A stretch of DNA of 64,000 nt from Kondoa subrosea (Eukaryota), in contig BCIN01000001.1 of NCBI GenBank assembly GCA_039545335.1, forward strand, positions 1,162,604-1,226,603, given 5' to 3'. The notes below the pieces were generated by a model. That model searched no databases. It had not been told where the DNA came from and saw nothing but the letters and a program-made list of their open reading frames with translations. How positions within the stretch are numbered: position 1 is the first letter of the stretch; the number at the start of each line of letters is the position of its first letter. The position numbers and the translations under genes are program-made. Below, piece by piece: positions 37,101 to 51,367 of the stretch.

Positions 37101-38755
37101 TCTCGTTGCATCCCTCTGGTCGAGTGCTCGATGCCTATTCTCGTCCGCCTCTATTCAAAGCAAATGACAAGAACTCTAGACGTCGTTCTTCAGATCCGAA
37201 TATGCTATCTGGTAACTCCTCTGATCTGCAGCAATCTGATCCAGTCTTCGTACTTCGAAATGCTCATCCAATCCGCCGAAGCCCTTCGGATCGAAACTCT
37301 CTACAAGCACCCGTCCGACCATCACCTGAACGCAATGAGACTGCTCAATCCAGCATGTCTATCTACGCAACACCTATGACAGAACCAACTCAGCAGATGG
37401 TTGAACTTATGCCTCCGGTTCAGCATCAAGGGCCTGATCAACAGCAAAAGCCCTCACAGCAAGATCAACCCTCGCGACAAGAAATCATTGCTGCACAAAG
37501 AGCTGCTACGAGAGCGAATCAACGTGCAATGCTTTCAGCTCAAAAGAATGCAGATCAGGGTGTCGATATCCTGCTGAGCGACAGAGGTACCATTAGAAGC
37601 TCTCGTCAGATGGGCAATGATGCCAAAGTCCGCTACTCGTACATCGACAATGCTGGGGCAGAGTATGACATCAGCGAGATCGTCGAGGCGGAGTGGCAGC
37701 ATACCGAGCAAATGGAAGAACTCAGTGAAGGCAAACCTCAGCCGCAGCATCACGGCAGAGCTTCTCAAGCGTCTATGACCAGTAATGCTACTACTCAGCT
37801 CAGCAGTGGAGACCAGTATGAAAGTGCTCCAAGTTCACCTCAATCCAAAGTGTCCGAATCAGAAGAGGAAGATAACGAAGCTGTCAACGCTTTGCGATCT
37901 GCACCAATGGACATTGGCAGCGAGCCATCGCCAGGCTTCAAGAAGAGCAATAGCGGAGATGTTTTGCAAGATGCGCTGAATCGGCCCCAAGCAGCTAGTC
38001 CAACATCAAATGAAAATCTGGATGATCGGATCAACAGAGTTCTGTCTAAAGTCAAAGGTGGTCGTTCAGCAAGCGGTATAGCTTCCGCTCTTCGCAAAGG
38101 CGTGCCAAGTGGTCGCTCATCTCCAGCTTCTGGTCGTTCTTCTCCAGCCAATGTTTCTCGAGCCAAATCGCCAGCCATCGTCGTTCAGACAAGTGGCGTG
38201 CCTTCTCCCAGGTCACAATCTCGCTCGAGTCCATCAGATATGCGAAAATCACCTCACAAGCATCATGGCAGAAAATCATCTCTCACTTCCAATGCATCCG
38301 ATCAATCTAGCGTCTTGAGCAACTACAGTCCAAGTACCACAAACACCGCTGTTTCAGGCATGCAATCTTTCACTACCGTTTCGCCCAATACAAGAAATGG
38401 AAGCAGTATGTCGAACAGAATGGTATATAGGGATGATTTCGGTCTGGATTTCCTTCTGGCTATCGTAACCGATGCTTCACTGTCGGCCAAAAGAGCGACA
38501 CCTCAAATAGAGGAGAGACCTGGAATGGATGAATTGTTTGGTCCTGATTTGCATGAAGCGCGAAAGCATATTCAAGATCCTGGTGTGCAGCAATGGTTTG
38601 ATGTTACGCATGAGAGAGTCGCTGCGATGGAATCGGTATGCTTGCACGCTCGTCGAAGAGACAGACCGAGAGCTGACCTTTTGTTCCGTTAGCGATTGGA
38701 CGAATTGCTGTTAGATCTGATGAACAATCCACCTCAAGAAGAAGAGCAGGCGTAA
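34154..38755 (+). CDS. tea4: SH3 + Ras-association-like polarity scaffold, Tea4/Bud14 family
   Basis: EDIDFDQVYALHTFLATVEGQASVSKGDNLTLLDDSNSYWWLVRVLKTQAVGYIPAENIETPYERLARLNKHRN; PP1-docking RSVAF; RA-like VLRVFAG..TFKTVLL; 3 introns. Confidence 0.88.
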
Positions 38756-39164
38756 TGGGGCAAAGCAATGGATGGAGACTGTTGTGTATCTGTACAGGGT
38801 CGTTATGTTTCATAAGGGAAAGACATTCTGCATATCTGCACTATTTATTATTGTTCTCGTCGAATTTACGAAGTAAGAGTTGTAGAAATCTCCAGCTCCT
38901 CTTCTCCCTCTTCTCTTCCTCCTTCTTCTTCTTTGAATAACCGGCTCGATCGGCTCGACAGCCACACTCCATGCCATTGTTGACTTGTTTTGAACTACCA
39001 TAGCTACCTCCGCTACACAGAGCTACGCGTATATCCAACAGCATATACCCGATCACCGCAAAAGAGCAAGATTCCTACTTTTCTTTTGCAGGCATAAATA
39101 AGCAACGTTGCACCCGAGCGAGCAAACACAGGCCTCTTTTATACGCTTTTGATCAAAGAACACA

Positions 39165-40692
39165 ATGGCAACCCGATCTTCAAGCAGAACACGCGCTTCT
39201 GCCAGGTCTTCACCTGCTCCTGCATCAGTCTCCAACTCAGTTCCTAGATCTTCTCGCAAATCTACTACACCTGCTTTAGCTAGCACTGGCGTGACTGGTC
39301 GTCCTCCTCTACCTCTCATGGCTGCCAACAACCTCCTCAAAGTACCTGGCGCGAAGACAAATTCCGTCAAACAACAAACTTTGGAATTAGAGAAAGAAAG
39401 GCTAGTGATTGTTAGGCAAAAGGTGCCTACGCCCAAGGTGAGCATACTCAGGTCAACGTGTTTTGGAAATTACAGTTGACAAAAGCGCGTGCCTTCTAGG
39501 GAACAAGTGGTCACGTTATTCGAAGAACCGATACTGATGCAGTCTCCGCAAGCTCGCTCTTCAGATCAGCTTTCCCTGATTGCTCAGATGAAGAGGAGAA
39601 GACGGAAATGGACTGGTTGAGATCGACACATGATACCATTACTGCAGGCAGGGAAAATGACCCGAATGGCAAATTGACCGGGACAGTAAGATGCAATGCG
39701 CAATCTAAGACTTGCGCAGTGATTGACTTAATCGATAGTGGATTCCAACAAGAGACGCTTTCGCTTTGGCCGAGGAGTACGATATTCTGCATTTCTCGCG
39801 AGACTTGGTGCGTCCGCCTATGTAGTGGAGACTATAAAGTCTTACAGTTCTGACCAACGTACAGTTCGATTACGATATATCAGGTCTTCGATCCGTAATC
39901 ACTGCGATGATCTCCAACACTACAACAACAGAAACAACTGTAGTTGTTCCAGAATCACCAGTAGTTGAAGTTGTGAGTCTTTGTCCTCTCTCTCTCACGG
40001 ATCTCAACGAATGTCAGCTAATTCTTTGGAACGATAGGATCAATCGACAGAATCTAGTCCAGCAACCCGCGCTTCCAAACGCCAACGCAAAGAAGCTCCT
40101 GCAGGCACTTCACCTCTCATAGTACGATCGGATCCAGCCTTGAAGAAGGGCGGGGTGACTGTCGAGCAAGAAATCATTACCGATCCGGTTACAGGTGTGC
40201 TGCATTTGTATGCCTCAATCCGCTATTGACTGAACATACTCTGCGAAACACAGGCGACAGCGTGGAGACCAATGTTGTCACTGTCAGCGCTCTCAACTCT
40301 CACACAGCCATGTCAAGCGCATCATCAGAAATTACAGCAGAAGAATCCATCGCGTCTGCTAAACAACTTGTGGAAGCTCTCAAGCAGGAGCATATGCTCA
40401 CTGATACCTCTTCTGCCTCTCCATCCACTTCTTCGAAGAAGAACAAGCGCAAGAGCGAATCAATGGATCTTGAAGATTCGAGGATTAAACGCAATGGTGG
40501 TTGGATGAGAGCGAGACCTGTTGTCGCCCTCAAGACTGTGACGGCACCTGTAACTCCTGCTAGAAGACGATTGATCGGTTTCCTCGGCCTGACTGTTGTT
40601 GGTGCAGCAACGTGAGCTCCCAGTACCCTTTCATCTTCCAGTACTGATTCTGTTGATTTAGTGCTGTTGCACCTTACCTGTTCGGTGCATGA
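39165..40692 (+). CDS. bqt4: APSES/KilA-N-like domain, tail-anchored nuclear envelope protein (Bqt4-like)
   Basis: HVIRRTDTDAVSASSLFRSAFP..EEEKTEMDWLR..GTWIP..AFALAEEYDI; C-terminal RRRLIGFLGLTVVGAATAVAPYLF hydrophobic anchor. Confidence 0.78.
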
Positions 40693-41081
40693 AGAAGAGT
40701 ATAGTAATGATTATATTAATTTACAGAGAAGGGATTTAGCTTTCGAAGCTTGGAACGCAAAAAACTGGGTTGTTGTACTTCTATCATCTCCGAGTCCTCT
40801 TTTATCTTCTTGCGTGCAATTAGTTTAGTTCTTACCGTGTCGTATTGTCTTGTCGCTGCTTGACGTCAAGAGCGCTACATCTTCTAAATTCACCGCGTCG
40901 AACAATGCGCGCTGACTCTTTGCTTGCTCTTTATTGACGTCTAACATACCCATTACGCATTTGCGCGAAATACACGCCCTCTTCAGCTCAGGCATTCCCG
41001 ACCTATTTATTGAAATTCCCGCGCAGGCCATAGCGACGCACCCACCTGTTTCAGCGAGTGTATCAGTGCACTCTGCCTCAT

Positions 41082-44000
41082 ATGCTCTTGTCCTCAAGCG
41101 ACCATTATCGGTCTTTGAGCTCTGCAGCTAATTCATCCAACGATTCTTTCGTACACATTGATTCGTCTGACGTACCTGCCAAACCAGAACTTGATAAGCA
41201 AAGAAAACGTACTTCCTGGATAGCCAGCTACAAGGAGAGGCGGAATTCCAAGATACAGATGAAGAGGAGCAGTATGTCTCAAGACGAGCAGAATCAGCTA
41301 AGCAATAGTTTTTATGGAGAAGTCGCTTCACCTGTTAGAGTGCCGGTAAGGGAGAATTCAAGGCAGAGTTTTGAGGCTGCCCGTAAGTCGCTGCTTTCGT
41401 GATGTCTGTAATTGCTTACATGATTCATCAAGCATACTCTTTAGGCGAAGCTGTTTCGCCTACATATGCTGCTCGTTCTTCCACTCGCGACTTTTCTCGT
41501 ACACCCAGCCCGGAGATCTATATGAGACCTAGACCAAGCACACCTCCAGCAAATGGTCAATCTACTTTATTGAATTCGAGTCTCGGCGCTTCTTCCCCTA
41601 TATCTCCTTCAACTTATAATCCAATGGCCGCCTTCTTAGGTCTGGCTCAACCTACAGCTATATCACCACCTATTTCTTCAGCAGATATGCTTGCCATGAT
41701 CAGCTCATCACCAGTCCCAATATTTCACCACGAGAGCTCGGCTCAAGCTTCAGTTCTGGCTGATCCGTTCCAAACGCAAACAAGAACCTATCCTAACCAA
41801 TCGCAGCGTAGCGAAGCGCAAAAAGAGAACCTTCCACTCTCTGCTTCATCTAATTCTTCGCTTAACAAACCGAAATCTTTCCCCTCATCTGGTATCGAGG
41901 AAGACAGACCTCACTTACGACCCAAGAGAAGCTCTTCTATGATGAGGAAGATCAGCAATGCGTCGATATTGGATGTTCCTCCTTTACCTTCTTTAGCCAG
42001 CGGTATAGTCGGACCTGCAAGCCCTGTTCGACAAATAAGCTTGCCTCAAGAGACTATAGTACCAACTAAGCCTTCACCCACCAAATCAACAGTTCCATTG
42101 CCTCGCCGTCGCTACGATAACGCAAGTTTCTCTTCGTCTTTCCCTCCGTCTTCCTTCACAAGACCTCAAAGCTACAGTCCAGTACAGAACACACCTAAAT
42201 CTGAGGATGAAGAGCAGAGCTGGATACCAAAGCTCCCAGTCAAGTCGCCGAGGAGAGAATCAGTAAGGCGCAAACTGCCAGAACCCCCTGTGAAAGCCTC
42301 GCATTCAAATTCTGGACGAGCAGAACCTTTGCATCCTGCTTTCGACCCTACAACTCGTGAATTACCTAATCCAACTTCGCGTCATCCCTCTTATGGGGAA
42401 AACGGCACACCTTTCGAGATATTCAACCCACAAGACCTACATACCTCTCATAAACCTTCAGCAAATCCTTACTCTGAAGCTCAACGCAATCAAGTTCAGC
42501 ATCCTGGGACGGGAAGGCCTGCCGAACAAAATGTTGAAATGCATAATAATCAAGCTGTGCAAAGATCAAGGCAACCTGTTCAAGTCTCGCATCCAGCGAT
42601 CGAAATGAAGTCTCAAGATTCGGCTCGCATGTCACTGCCGCGCGAGTCTCGGGTTCAATCTGTCCCGTCTTTACCTCAGCCAAAGCGACAAGAATCTTCT
42701 GCCTCGCAATCTTCTGCTTCTTCAGCAAGAACCAGAGAAATTTCAATATCTGATAGAAGTCAGCGTTCTATGACCAGTGAGCCAGAAGAAATACTCATCG
42801 CGCAATCTAAACCTCTTTTCGATTACGCATTCTCGCATTGCGCATCTTTGCTGCTACCATCAATGTTATCGCATTTGGATTGGCAGTCTGTTATGGCTCT
42901 ACGCAATGTATCACAAAACTTAAGAACAACTTCTGACTCGCCTCAGATCCGCGAAATGATTCTTGAGCACTATCTTTCCCCCTTTGGCTACTCAAGTATT
43001 TCCGGTCGTGATCGATCTAGCCGAGCGCTTCCAGTCAACGCGAAACATTACAGCGACAAACGGATCTCGACCTCAAATGCTACTTTCAATACTAGCACTG
43101 TACCTTTTACTTTACGAGATATGGAAGCTTTGTTGATTGGTCTGAGCTTCGAGAAACAAGAGTACTCTCAAATAGCCAAAGAATACAAGAAAAGGCGGCT
43201 GGATAAAATGACGGTTCGAATGCTTCAAAGAACTTGTCGTGCTTACACGAAATTCGTCCTTCGAATAAGACAGCAAGATGGACAAGGTCCGAAAGCTACT
43301 AGACCTCTATTCAAGAATGGTAGAGCTTTGCTGCTCAGAGTCTGGATACCAACTCACAGTGTTTGGATGTCAGACGACGAGGTAAATTAATCAAGGGATC
43401 GTGAATTGGCATGATAATCTGACATGCTTCTCAGGTTATTGAGTGTGAGAAGGAGTTGTGGAGAGCTGGTATATGGCAATTACTGTCAGTTTCGTTACTG
43501 TGCATCTGCTTTATTGCGCTCAATCATCATTTGCTCTAGTCGAAGAGGAGATTGTATATGGAACTGTGCTGTTGGAGACTTTTCCAACGAAGGAAAGCTC
43601 ATCAGCGATGGTGGGTAGTTTTTAAATGTCTATTTGGTGTCACTCAGAGCTTTATACAGGCAAATACCTTCGCGATTTGAGCTATCAATATGATGTCGTG
43701 GGGCATCTGCCATCAGTACGCATTACCTTACACTACTCTAGCTTGCTGATAGTCTCTTGATAGTGGGTCAATGCAATGAATTTCAGCCCGCAATACTGGC
43801 ATGGAGTCTTAGCTGCTACTTCGACTGAAGGTCCTTTAGCCTACAGTACGTCGTACCAATTGTTATGTACTCTAGCTAATCCTACAAACTAGTTGATCTA
43901 TCACCATTTGGTCAAGCGATAGCCTCGACCCTTGCTCTTTATCAAGACAAAGTGGATGTAAATTCACCTTCAGGTCGATATCGTGTTGCGAAATACGTTT

Positions 44001-44327
44001 ATCGAGCTGTCGTATCCTTGAAGACGGGTCAGATACTTGGCAATACAGCAGGAATGAATGGATCTGGTGCAGGCGGAATAGATGCAGTCGTAAGTTCCTC
44101 GTTTCGGCATGGAGGGTGATTCTGACTCATGAGTATAATAGCATGAAGACTGGGCAGGAAGCTTGATTATCGAAGTCGATGGAACGACAGAAAGCGCCAA
44201 TGCTCTGCATCATCTATCGCATCCTGCTCGGTCTGAAAAAGCGCAACTGTGCGCTGTCCGCATACTAAGGGCCCGGAGTCGACCAGGAAAACTAGTTATC
44301 AGGCCGTGTTTTGATGCGGAACGGTGA
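41082..44327 (+). CDS. Hypothetical protein: long S/P-rich region, F-box-like segment, globular C-terminal domain
   Basis: 663-aa ORF plus spliced exons VIECEKELWRAG..GDCIWNCAVGD..NEGKLISDGKYLRDL..GHLPSW..HEDWAGSLIIEVDGT..RSRPGKL. The exact 3' end is uncertain. Confidence 0.8.
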
Positions 44328-45545
44328 GTAAAATTCTGTCTCGGTCTCGCAATGGGCCTAACGTGGTATTGAGATTGCTATGAACCTTCCTCGACACCAG
44401 ATGTGATTTATGCCTGCCAGCTGCAACATCATTCAACGTACAACGCGCATACGTATTGCTGCGAATGATGTCTTGGCTTTTAATACGTTCTGGTTGTCTC
44501 TTTAGTCCTCAGTCCGCTTTCACCGTCTTACCGCAGCAGCCTGTCTTTTCCCATATTTATGCATGCTTTGACTTCTGCGGACCGCAAATCACCTCGTGCG
44601 CGCATCTATGCCACATATTAAGTGGTGAGATAGATTACCTTCTGGTCGATTCCCGTCAAATACCCGAGTGGGAGTGTCGTCTGAGGTTTTGTCGACGCAG
44701 CTGAAATTTGCAACAGCTGAACCATAACTATAACCTTCAACCTCTCTTGGTATACCCTTGTGACAAAAGGCATCCTCTATTGATTGCACCAAACACCCTT
44801 GTGACGTAAAGCGCAGAAAATTCTGCAAAAGAGCTCAGATTCTCTACAATTGGGCCTAAAGACGATATTGCTGCTGTTCCGCGCTCTCTGGAAGTACTCA
44901 AGAGACAATAGACGCGTACGACCCACACCACATACGCGTCGCGTAAGCAAAGCTATTTTTCGCAAAGCTTTCAAATTTCTCTCTCCGTCTCAACGGCAAG
45001 CTGTGGACAATCTGGCACTGTGCGCACATTACATAACTGCAAATTCAAGCCTTCCTCGCATTCAAGGACCTCTGCAAGATCCTTTTGCCTCCAATTTCCG
45101 GCCCAAGAGTCTTCGCTTTTGACACAGGCCTTCGTACGATTGTACCGGTTCAAAAGATAGCAGTGTCTAGAGCATCACGTCAGTGAGCTGATACTTAGCG
45201 ACAAGTAGATTCCTTAACATTTCGTGTTTGACTGTAGGTCAGGTTTCAGATCAACATCCCCTTTCTCGTTTCTTGCTCTTGCCCATACAAAGCTCAGGCA
45301 GATCAGCTAGCTTGCTTGAGGTTTAGCCTACGCAAGTGGCTTTTCGTATCAGCTCGCGTGGTAGAGGCTGTTCTCCTTTCCGTCACTCGTACTTTGCCAT
45401 TCATCCAAGATTTCAAATCAACCCCTGTTTGACATCCACTGTGCTTCTTTTAGTGACGACACAAGCTGGTGCTAAACATATAATCTGGCTCTTTAATCTC
45501 AACCAGCATTTACTTACGACCTGTCACGACTCTTAACGACCCAAA

Positions 45546-47735
45546 ATGGTATGTCTGGTCAAGGTTCCATACGTTCTGTTGAGCTGATAGTCTACTAGAA
45601 TACACAGGCCACTATGCGCCCATCTGATCTTGCCAGCTTGCAATCAGCTACAGATTTCGCTGCCCCTTCCAGTTATAGCAGAAGACAACGCAAAGCGATG
45701 CCTCGATTCTCTATCAAGTACATCAGTGTCGTTCATTACACCAAAGTTCACGCCAAGATCTTCTTCGTTTGTCGTATCCTAGGAGAATCGCACAAGGAAT
45801 ACTACAACATCAATCGAACTTGGGATCAATTCATCGATTTGCAGCAGCGACTCCTGGAAACCCTTCCTCCTTCTTGTTTGAAGCAGCTTCCAAGGCTCAA
45901 CAAGAAGATGGCCCTCTTCGTTACAAAGTCTACTTTGACACAACGAAGCGATGATTTGGATCTATGGGTGAGTTCTTCTTCGCATGGCTGTTTTTCGATC
46001 GGGCAACATGGCTAAATGAATTTCTTTTAGGTTCGCCGGATATTTGAAGTAGAGGAGGTCAAGCAGAGCAATGTCTTTACCGCCTTCTTCAGCTGCGATG
46101 AAGCCATGCGACCTGCTCCATTGCAGCTTGCCGACAACGATGCTACTGTTCGAAGTCACCAGCATGGCAGTCGACCCAGTCTTTCAATCCCTGGTCATCG
46201 CAAAGACGAATCTCTTGGTCGCGAGCTCTTTTTGGCTTCTCCTCCCGCTTCTCCCGCTTACCTGGGAAGACCGCCTTACCGACCGGGTCTGCATCAGAAG
46301 CGATCTACGCCTAATCTCCGGTATTGCCCAGATGAATTAGAGTACGACTTGCCGCCAACGCCTTCATTCTTGCCTTCCAGCACCTCTATAACTTCGGATA
46401 CGGGAGCAAGCACTCCTGTTGCAAATCAAGATGCATTTGCTTGTGGTCCTTTGGTAGCAAACGAGCAAGAATGGCAAGCTCTAAGCTGTGACTCTCGTCG
46501 ACCTATTTCACCAGCTTCAAGATCTATTCGAACGATTCAAACCAGTCATCGACCTTCTTTGGATTCTTTGGCTCGCAGCTTCTCAACAGACCATACTGTT
46601 ACCCCTCAATCGTATTACGCAGCAAGCCAGTTGGCAAAGGATTTGGAGAACGATATGGATGATGAGGATGAAAGCAGGGATTCGCCTCCACCTGAATTGC
46701 CTGCAAAGATGCTGGAAAGACCGAAACAGCTTCGACATTTCGCTTCATTGCAAGATATCGTAAGTCACCAGTCGCGCCTTTGTTACTTCCTGCTGACAAT
46801 GCACTTTACAGCGCCAGAATGGTTCTGCTTTGCCCTTGCCGTCTTTCAAAGCACGGCCTTATCTCTCGCGTTCTTCTTCCCTTGCATCTACTCAAGATGT
46901 TCAAAATTATTCTCTGCCTTCTACTCCAGCTCAAGCTACTTTTGTATATCCAGAGCGCGTCAACGGTCAAAGTCGTCTCGCGACTCCTGCAGCATCCAAT
47001 CGTCCATATCGATCTCACAAGCATAGCAACAGTGGTTCCAGTACTCATTCGTATTCCCAGTCAAATTCTTCGATTTCTTCTTCTATCGATGCCTTTGAAG
47101 CAAGCATCGCTTCCAGCGTCACCAGCTCAAATCAAGGCGACTTCTCTCCCTTGTCTCGTAGCGATTCTTTCGATCGCTCAACCGACAGCTTCATTCCTGC
47201 TACTCCTCCAACGCCTTGGATGGGTGATAGTCCGGTTCTTGGCTCGAAACTAGATGATCATTCTTGGTTCACTGGCGGAAATTTGGTTCCTCTTCCAGCT
47301 TCTTTCACTTTTGGCTCACCTCGTGCGCCGTCATCAAGCTCAAGATCTCGTTCTGGTTCTTTGGTCCGAGTTCCGGGTTTGGAATCCATTGCCGGTTCAC
47401 CACCTCTTGGTCAAGCTTCTGCTTTCAATTCCCCTTTAGCTTCTCCTGCGACACCTTCTTTCGATACCGTTACTCTCAAAGTCCGACATCCTACGGCCAA
47501 TGTAGTTTTGAAAGTCAGCCGAGATGCAACTCTACATGAAGTGGAAGCCAAAGTACGGGAGAAGTTGCGAGCGGCAGATGCAGAAGTGATTGAACCTCTG
47601 GTCCTTCGAGAACATGGCAAGACAGGCAGCGATGTAGTTGACGCTTTGCTCCAAGATGACTCGCAATGTCTGCGAACCGATGCGGACTGGCGTCGTGCTG
47701 CAAGTGACAAGGCCAAGATTGTATTGATCTGTTAA
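45546..47735 (+). CDS. PX-domain protein with C-terminal PB1/ubiquitin-like segment
   Basis: YYNINRTWDQFIDLQQRLLE..LPRL..QRSDDLDLW-VRRIF..VFTAFF (PX pattern); C-terminal VTLKVRHPTANVVLKVSRDATLHEVEAKVREKL. The first coding exon is the ATG alone. Confidence 0.75.
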
Positions 47736-47994
47736 CGAGAAGAGATACTTATAACAATGTCTGTATTATTTAGCATAGGATCGTCTACATCACATTCGTT
47801 TATTTTTATATCTTGATTTATATATTTGTGTATATAGCTATAGCACAACAGCATGCAAAGAGAGTCATTCAAATGATTCATTGTCTGGGTATCTGAGACG
47901 TGTATAAAAGTACGAAAGTCCTATATGCTTATTGTACAGATTACCCCTCTTCTGATGCCCTCTGTTGAAACCCTCATTGATGCCGGTCTACTCT

Positions 47995-50900
47995 TTAGTA
48001 CTTGATCTCGATTATGACATTGATAGCGACAAGGAAGAGATAGAAGCAGATCAAGACTGCGTCACTGTGTCAGAGGAGTAGAAGATTACAGGAGCTGCAA
48101 ACGTACATATGCCATATTTCTTCGTCATCACATAGTCGTTTATAGGTATGAGTATGAGATTGGCAACTACCTGGAGAGTGAGCCATGAACAGAATCGGGA
48201 ACACTTGAACTTACGCAAGACCACTATCAAACCAACACATGTAGCCAAGAGAGTGGGATCAAAATGAATATGATAAGGACGTCCCGAAGCATTGATGTAA
48301 TATGTGCCGGAAACTCCAACACCCAGAAGAACGTTGAGCAAAGGCGAACCGAAACAAGCGCTTATCGCCATTTGAGGATAGCCCATGCTGGCAATAGTAA
48401 GATTTGCTACTAGATCTGCCGTGGAGTTGCCCAGCGCGAAGATGGTGACGCCCAGGATAGAATCCGAAAGACCAAAGACGTGCCCAACAGCCTAAAAGCA
48501 TCTCAGAATGAGTGTTTTAAGCCGGATCATGCAGCTTACCTGAAGTACGCCAACCACTTCGTTAACAATGGTCAATAGCCAAACCATTGACACAACGAAG
48601 CCGATGACACAAAGCAGGACCCTGCCTTGCGGCCATTTCATCACAATAAATTGCGACAATAAGCCAAGAAGAGCTCCTACGCCTATGGAAGCGACAAAGT
48701 ACCAGATATTAGGATCGTCACTGGTCAAGGCCGCTACGCAGAATATAGGTGCTGCTGTACATTGAATGCCGGTCAAAGAGCGAGAGACGATTCGGTCTGC
48801 TCTGCTCTGTTCTTCGTCGAAGAGAGGTGTTGCTGGAGGAGAAGGTAGTTGACTGTCTATTGGATGAGCCGAAAGAGGTTTAGATGCTGCTGAGTCGTGA
48901 CTGAGCTGTCTGAGTGATCTGTCCAATTCTCTTGCGTCTACGGAATCGATATCAAAGTAATCGTCTCGATCGTGATGGTGCAAAGCGACAGGAGAATGAA
49001 GTTGATGAGCGATATGTTGGCCACGTAATCTTGATTCCTGTCTTTTCCCTTGCATGTATTCTCTTTCCTCGTCTCCATCAGGCAGCTGAATTGGTCCTTT
49101 TTCACCCAAATCAGTAGATGTAGAACTTTCCTCTGATTCTTCATCCACTACAGGTAAAGTAAGAACGAAGCAGAAAATCGCAGGTACAGCAATAACAGCC
49201 AACAACGCTGCTGCCCAAGATTTGCTCCGGAAGTCATCGAGGGAAGGAAATAGTGAGCCATAAAGAGCTCTTGTCAAACATCTCATCCTGCGCCTCTTCC
49301 TTCCATCTGCTGAGAATGGGGAAAGTGCGGCTGCGAAAGTTGCTGTTCTTGATAAAGGTTTGATTGGAGTACCAGGTACATCGACGGGAGATATTTGGCC
49401 TGATTCGTTCATGACCACGATGGAAGGGACTTTGCGCAGTGATTTCTTAGGTGTGCTTTCCGCTGGGGTCATTGGAAAGGGAGAAGAGGTAACAGTAGAT
49501 GTGTCGAGTTCATTTGGAGGGATAGAGAGATGCAGCACGTCTTTAGGTCGAATGGACCCTCGAATAGTCGAGGTAGAAGGGGTAGATTCGCTGCTACCCT
49601 CTGATTGATCGTGGTGGTGAGCTATTTGATCGTGATCTTGTTTCCAAGGATTGACAGAGGGGTCGAATTCCATCAGATCAGCTTCAGAGGAGTCGGATTC
49701 GTGTGTATAATGATCGTGATGTGAACAACCCTCGAGTCCAGCTATTGACTTGCAGCGACGATGAGGGGTAGGTCTTGATACGATTCGATCGTGAGAGTGC
49801 CGTCGATCCGAATTTGTATGATGTTGTGAAGATATAGTTCTTGAAGATGACCAGGGTCGTTTTTTGCTTAGATCGTCGTCAGATATATTTGAAAAGGCCG
49901 CAAGCTGTTTAGCAACTCCAGAGTCGGCCGCTAAAGAGTTGACGACGTCTCGGAACTCGACAGCACCCAGAAGCGAAGGTCTCGTCCGCCGCACAGAAAG
50001 AGATTTCGACCGAGATCGAGATCTAAGTGCTTGCTGTTGTCTGTTTCTACCAAAGGTTGGGGATGGAAGCGCAAAGAGATGTTCGTTCTCGTCTTCAGAG
50101 TCCTCTCCAGCATCTGCGTCCGCGAAATTGATCATGGGCGAAACGGCAGCAGAGGATAGGCTTCGAACAGGTGTATTTGCTTTCGGTGTGAGCACCCCAT
50201 TCTCATCTTCCTCTTCCAACCCTTCTGCATATTCAGCTCTTGCCCTTCGCAACAATTCCCTTTGCCTTTCCCTTCTTGAATGCCACCAGCTTTGTACAGC
50301 TACAACAATGACATAGATTATATAGAGCACGATCATTGCCCCAGATTCCAAAGCAGTAATTCTGTTGTCCCAAAGAATGAATAAAACCAAACAGGCTGCA
50401 GTAGTGAAGAAGGAGATATCTCGAAGAAAAGTATGCTTCTGAATCTTGAAAGGTTTGACTAATGTCATTGATCCAGCTACGACTGAGACGATAAATGTTG
50501 CTGCTCCTAGTAGTTCTCCTATTGCTAGTGAACCGGAATTGGCACCCATTGAAGCGAAAGTCGAAAAGACATCTGGCGAGCCGTTACCAAAGGCTAAGAG
50601 TGTTGAGCCGGCCTGTCGAATGCGGAGCAGCTGAGCACAGCATCGTCTGTAGTAATACGAAATACACTGACAACCGACTCTGAGAGCCCAAGCTTTGAGG
50701 ATATGGTTGAGAGCTAGATCTACAATTAGTTAACATTTAAGCAGAGCGGGTAAGGTATTCACGTTTGGGCAGAAGAAGTCAGCTGCTACAGTCCCGACGT
50801 ATGCAAATAGTATGCCCAACCAGACTGTGAGTGCTCCAGCAAAGAGTATTCGGCTGTGAGTCGTGTGCAATGCTTGATACCATTCCATGTAAGGAAGAAA

Positions 50901-51101
50901 AGCAGGCGAATCAAAGGGTTCCTCCTCATGAACAGTAACTGCAGCAAATGCTCTTCTTTGCAGCCCATTGGATTCGCTTAGCGCATGACTTCGAGAATTA
51001 AGCGACGTCAGAGCTTCATGTTGAAACAGGAAATGGATGACCAGGACAACGACAGCCAGTAGAAGCGACTGCCGCAGTATCGGAGGCTTGCCTTTGCCCA
51101 T
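47995..51101 (-). CDS. Cation/Ca2+ exchanger (CCX/NCLX, Ecm27-like)
   Basis: AADFFCPNLSTISSKLGLSESVAGSTLLAFGNGSPDVFSTF (alpha-1); ILGVTIFALGNSTADLVAN..MAISACFGSPLLNVLLG (alpha-2). Confidence 0.92.
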
Positions 51102-51367
51102 ACAGGTGAGGTATAGCGCTTTACAGGATATTATGCATTGGCGGTGCAAGATCAAAGTCACAAATCTCAAAGCTCAGCTGGAAGAGCAGCGACACTGTTC
51201 TCGGCGAACGTCTACAGTGTCTCACAAATGCAAGTCAAAAGTAACTTAACCAAGCAATGCATTACAGGCCATGTGAATATATGATGATGATCGGGGAACC
51301 TAAGTTCAGCAGACAGTGAGCTCCCAGAGCCATCGTTGAAGATGTCCTGTAGCCTAGCTTCCAACTT

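Noticed and set aside
38895..38935. CT-rich tract
   Set aside because: Ordinary low-complexity UTR/intergenic sequence.
40722..40760. U6 snRNA-like ACAGAGAAG..ATTTAGC and TTGGAACG
   Set aside because: The pieces are interrupted and out of order, the internal stem-loop is missing, and the site lies in the 3'UTR of the Bqt4-like gene.
44400..45500. Short ORFs, including 44850-45122
   Set aside because: Mostly non-ATG starts, no recognisable motif or consistent splice model; probably promoter/5'UTR of the PX gene.
22696..51101. Two cation/Ca2+ antiporter superfamily genes in one window as a functional cluster
   Set aside because: They belong to different ancient subfamilies and lie ~20 kb apart with unrelated genes between them.
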